This document shows, piece by piece, positions 20,954 through 24,000 of a DNA stretch of 24,000 nt. Both the position numbers and the translations under genes were made by a program. Numbering within the stretch: the stretch's first letter is position 1; each line of letters opens with the position of its first letter. The stretch spans positions 753 to 24,752 of the forward strand of contig NZ_JACCLX010000015.1 of NCBI RefSeq assembly GCF_024490875.1. The letters are read 5' to 3'. The stretch is from Methanocaldococcus sp. GTDB lineage: Archaea; AGJL01; Methanococci; Methanococcales; Methanocaldococcaceae. Below the pieces are notes generated by a model. It was not told the origin of the DNA. It was given only the letters and a program-made list of their open reading frames with translations, and searched no databases.

Positions 20954-22302
20954 TTTTTATTTAGACAGTAAATGTATTTTCTTCTATTATATTTTTCTCT
21001 TATTAATCCACAGAATATTAACTTATGTAGTTCATTATAAAATTCTTTTGGAGTAATACCTTTTTCTTTTGCAAGATCTAAAAACCTTCCTTTACCTTTA
21101 ATTGGCTCATATTCTTTTAAAATATCTATTAACTTACTCTCAATCTTCATATCCAATTCTTTTAAGATTTTACTTATTCTATTCTTTATATTGTTCTCTT
21201 TAAGTTCTTTAATTTTTTCTTTTGGAGCATAAATAGAGATATTCCAAAGTCTAATTTCGGATGGTCTTAAGCTTTTAGCCAAAGGAGATACATCATCTAA
21301 TCTATTAACACCCTTCTCAGATATTACATAAACATTGTGTTCTTCCATTTTAGGTATTGGATATATATCAATAAATAAATCGCATCCAAATTCCTCATAA
21401 AGTTTTTCCTCTAATGACAATATCTCTTTTTCTCCTAAATTAACAAAAATCCATCTTTCTATTGGCTTTAAGTCAAAATAACTGTAAGTTATAACATTTT
21501 TGTATAAGTTTCTTTTGTCTAATCTATTCATTAAGTAGTTTTCAGAGTTTCTTAAAAAAGACACTAAATCAATATCATCCATTTTAGACAAATCCTTTAA
21601 ATTTAAATTCTTTTTGTGAATTTCTCCAATAACTGCTCTTTTTAACATTGTATCTGCTATTCTAACCGTTGGATGCATATAAACAGCAGAATACATTTGA
21701 TGCCTTGCAACTAACAAAGATTCTATTGCTTGGATTCCCTTCATCAATATGCCAATTTTAGGAGTTCCAAAACTTTCAAAAGTCGTTATACTTCTTAAAA
21801 TTCTTGGTAAATCTATCATTCCATAGGCAGTTCCAGTGTGGTAACTATCCCTCAATAGATAATCCATTCTATCAGCATCGACATCCCCAGAAATTATCTT
21901 TCCTTCTAAATTTTTTCTTTTTAAAGTATCTATTACTTCTTTTTTTGAAAAATTTCCTAAATCCATATGTTTAATTTTTTCTTTTGTAATATATTCATGG
22001 TTATAGCCACATATTTCTAATGTGTGTGAAAAAGGAGGATGTCCTATATCGTGTAATAACGCAGAAACTCTTGTAAGTTCAATATCTGTATTAATTTTTT
22101 CTGCTATTTTAGAGGCTATAAACATAGTTCCTATAGAATGCTCAAATCTTGTATGATTAGCAGATGGATATACTAAATATGTTAAACCTGTCTGTTTTAT
22201 ATTCCTCAATCTTTGAAATTCTTCACTGTCTATAATATTTACTATATTTTCTTCTAAATAAATATCTTTGTGAATTGAATCTCTAATAACTTTTGTCATC
22301 AT
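20935..22302 (-). CDS. HD-domain phosphohydrolase (dNTP triphosphohydrolase-like) with C-terminal wHTH-like tail
   Basis: RFEHSIGT...LLHDIGHPPFSH...DADRMDYLLRDSYHTG. Confidence 0.85.
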   Translation of the reverse strand: MMTKVIRDSIHKDIYLEENIVNIIDSEEFQRLRNIKQTGLTYLVYPSANHTRFEHSIGTMFIASKIAEKINTDIELTRVSALLHDIGHPPFSHTLEICGYNHEYITKEKIKHMDLGNFSKKEVIDTLKRKNLEGKIISGDVDADRMDYLLRDSYHTGTAYGMIDLPRILRSITTFESFGTPKIGILMKGIQAIESLLVARHQMYSAVYMHPTVRIADTMLKRAVIGEIHKKNLNLKDLSKMDDIDLVSFLRNSENYLMNRLDKRNLYKNVITYSYFDLKPIERWIFVNLGEKEILSLEEKLYEEFGCDLFIDIYPIPKMEEHNVYVISEKGVNRLDDVSPLAKSLRPSEIRLWNISIYAPKEKIKELKENNIKNRISKILKELDMKIESKLIDILKEYEPIKGKGRFLDLAKEKGITPKEFYNELHKLIFCGLIREKYNRRKYIYCLNKNYSKFL

Positions 22303-22378
22303 CTCCCAATTTAAAAAATAGATATTAAACTACTAATATAGTTATCTGCCTATAAAAAAATAAAGATAGATTTAGAGA

Positions 22379-24000
22379 TTAGACAACCTCTTTACTTTCT
22401 TCTTTTTTCTTTTCAGTTGTTGTAGTTCTACCATACTCTTGGGCTAATTTTTCATAAATTCTCATGTCTTCTTTACTTACTGATGGTTTAATCTTTTCGA
22501 GGGCTTTCATGAAGTGTTCTCTTTTAACTTTTACATCTTTTGTTGAAACTTTCAATCTTATACTTTCAATGTCTTTTAGCACATTTTTAAGTTCATCTAA
22601 TATTGTTGTAAATCTTTGAATTACATTTTGTGTAGTTTTAATTATTTCATCAATTTCTTCAGCAGAAACTTTTTGTGATAAGTTTCCTAACTTGTTCTCT
22701 AAGTTGTAAATGTTGTCTATCATTTCTTTTAACTTGTCTAATAAGTCTTTTAAGTATTTTGCTAATTTCTCTGCTTCTTCTTTTTCAGATGGTTTTAAGT
22801 CCTCTTTGTTTATAATTTCAAGGAAGTTGTTTAATTCTTTCTCTACAGCCTCAATTTTCTCTTTGGCTGGAGTTAATACACTTATTATATTTCTTATAGC
22901 ATTGTTTAGTTCGGCAAATTCTCCAGCCTCTGCTGACTCTTTCTCTTTTGTAGCTTTAATTACACTGTTTAATTCAACTGCTGTTCTCTTAAATGCTCCT
23001 GATATACTTTGTAAGTAGTTAATTAAATCTCTCAATGCAGTTTCAATTCCCCATGGATTTCCTATACTCTCTCTAACTGCTAACATTGCTGCCTCTCTAC
23101 ATATTGCCTCTATATCAGCCCCAGTGTATCCTTCAGTTTTCTTAGCCAATTCTTCTAAATTAACATCTTCTGCTAAGTTCATACCTCTGGTGTGTATCTT
23201 GAATATATCCAATCTTGCCTTTTCATCAGGAACTGGGACTAATATTACCCTGTCTAATCTTCCTGGTCTTAATAATGCTGGGTCTATTATATCTGGTCTG
23301 TTAGTTGCCGCTATAACGACAACATCCTTTGGTTCTTCCATTCCATCTAATTCAGTTAATAATTGGTTGACAACTTTATCAGTAACTGCTGAACTTATAT
23401 CTCTACCTCTCTTTGGAGCTATGGCATCAATCTCATCAAAGAATATTATACATGGTGCTGACTGTCTTGCCTTTCTAAATATCTCTCTTATTGCTTTCTC
23501 TGAATTGTGTAATAAAACTCCATATCCTCCTAAGAAGTTATGCCCCTCTACAACTTCAACGACGTCATAAACATAAGTATCATCCCTATTTAAATAATTA
23601 ATTTCCTTTATCCTATCAAAGTATAAATCTTCTAACAAGACTTTCTTTAACGCTTTTTTCACAACCCTATCTGAGTAGTGTTCAACTTCCATATATGCAT
23701 AAAGTTCTCCAACAAGTTCTTTTGGAATATTTCTCTTTCCTCTTGTCCATTTCTTAGATTTTATAAATTCTTCTAATGGTTTATTCTTTCTTTCTTGTAT
23801 AAATCCTATTTCTTTTGAGAATACTTCAAACTGCTCTACTCTGCCTATTAATATTCTATATTCAATATTTCCTACCCTATTTGTTCTTTCTTTTATCCTT
23901 GCAAATATACCAAACATTGATAGGGCAATCAATAGCTCTTCTGCTAATGTTTTAGATACTGTAACAGCTTCAATTGTTCCAGTTCTTTTATGATTCCTTA
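22379..24000 (-). CDS. cdc48: Cdc48/VAT-type AAA+ ATPase, C-terminal part (D2), interrupted by an intein; 5' end lies outside the window
   Basis: [33 protein letters not shown] (Walker B), [20 protein letters not shown] (sensor and Arg finger). The frame stays open upstream of the track's TTG start (23932) to the window edge. Confidence 0.9.
   Translation of the reverse strand, partial: RNHKRTGTIEAVTVSKTLAEELLIALSMFGIFARIKERTNRVGNIEYRILIGRVEQFEVFSKEIGFIQERKNKPLEEFIKSKKWTRGKRNIPKELVGELYAYMEVEHYSDRVVKKALKKVLLEDLYFDRIKEINYLNRDDTYVYDVVEVVEGHNFLGGYGVLLHNSEKAIREIFRKARQSAPCIIFFDEIDAIAPKRGRDISSAVTDKVVNQLLTELDGMEEPKDVVVIAATNRPDIIDPALLRPGRLDRVILVPVPDEKARLDIFKIHTRGMNLAEDVNLEELAKKTEGYTGADIEAICREAAMLAVRESIGNPWGIETALRDLINYLQSISGAFKRTAVELNSVIKATKEKESAEAGEFAELNNAIRNIISVLTPAKEKIEAVEKELNNFLEIINKEDLKPSEKEEAEKLAKYLKDLLDKLKEMIDNIYNLENKLGNLSQKVSAEEIDEIIKTTQNVIQRFTTILDELKNVLKDIESIRLKVSTKDVKVKREHFMKALEKIKPSVSKEDMRIYEKLAQEYGRTTTTEKKKEESKEVV
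23504..24000 (-). mobile_element. intein (C-terminal ~165 aa visible) inserted in the Cdc48 D2 domain
   Basis: Block F/G-like [23 protein letters not shown] is followed by extein Ser (HN|S at 23504/23503), which resumes the conserved ...GE|SEKAIREIF sequence. The preceding ~120 aa have no AAA+ similarity and are probably a homing-endonuclease or linker region. Confidence 0.85.

Overview
This is an AT-rich archaeal chromosomal segment. The proteins read like Methanocaldococcus/Methanococcales housekeeping genes: PSTK, TFS, CDP-archaeol synthase, homoserine dehydrogenase, DadD/MtaD deaminase, archaemetzincin, TrmY, a CbiA/CfbB amidase and Cdc48. I support about 23 CDS, tightly packed and several translationally coupled. 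There are no rRNA or tRNA genes and no cas genes. Most of the unexplained structure sits in two long non-coding islands. Island 1 (2900-3846) lies downstream of an orphan SF2 helicase with an unrecognisable C-terminal domain. It holds two tandem ~209-bp repeats closed by an inverted copy of their first 19 nt. Island 2 (17779-19462) holds about three tandem ~325-bp AT-rich units with conserved GC islands. These are followed by a small orphan CRISPR array (4 repeats, one degenerate) whose first 'spacer' is a 102-bp block of three perfect hairpins, then a ~400-bp leader-like flank. A ~31-nt hairpin module occurs in inverted orientation on both sides of the array plus leader. The two islands share GC-rich motifs (GGCTCCGCCC, TCGGAACT). 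Coding oddities are an intein and a ~175-aa coiled-coil insertion in Cdc48 domain D2, and a domain-permuted CobQ/CobB-like amidotransferase coupled to a ClpP-fold protease. I found no clearly novel multi-gene protein system. The best candidates for something undescribed are the non-coding repeat and hairpin architecture around the CRISPR array, and the helicase island. All family calls rest on motif reading and memory, not on searches.
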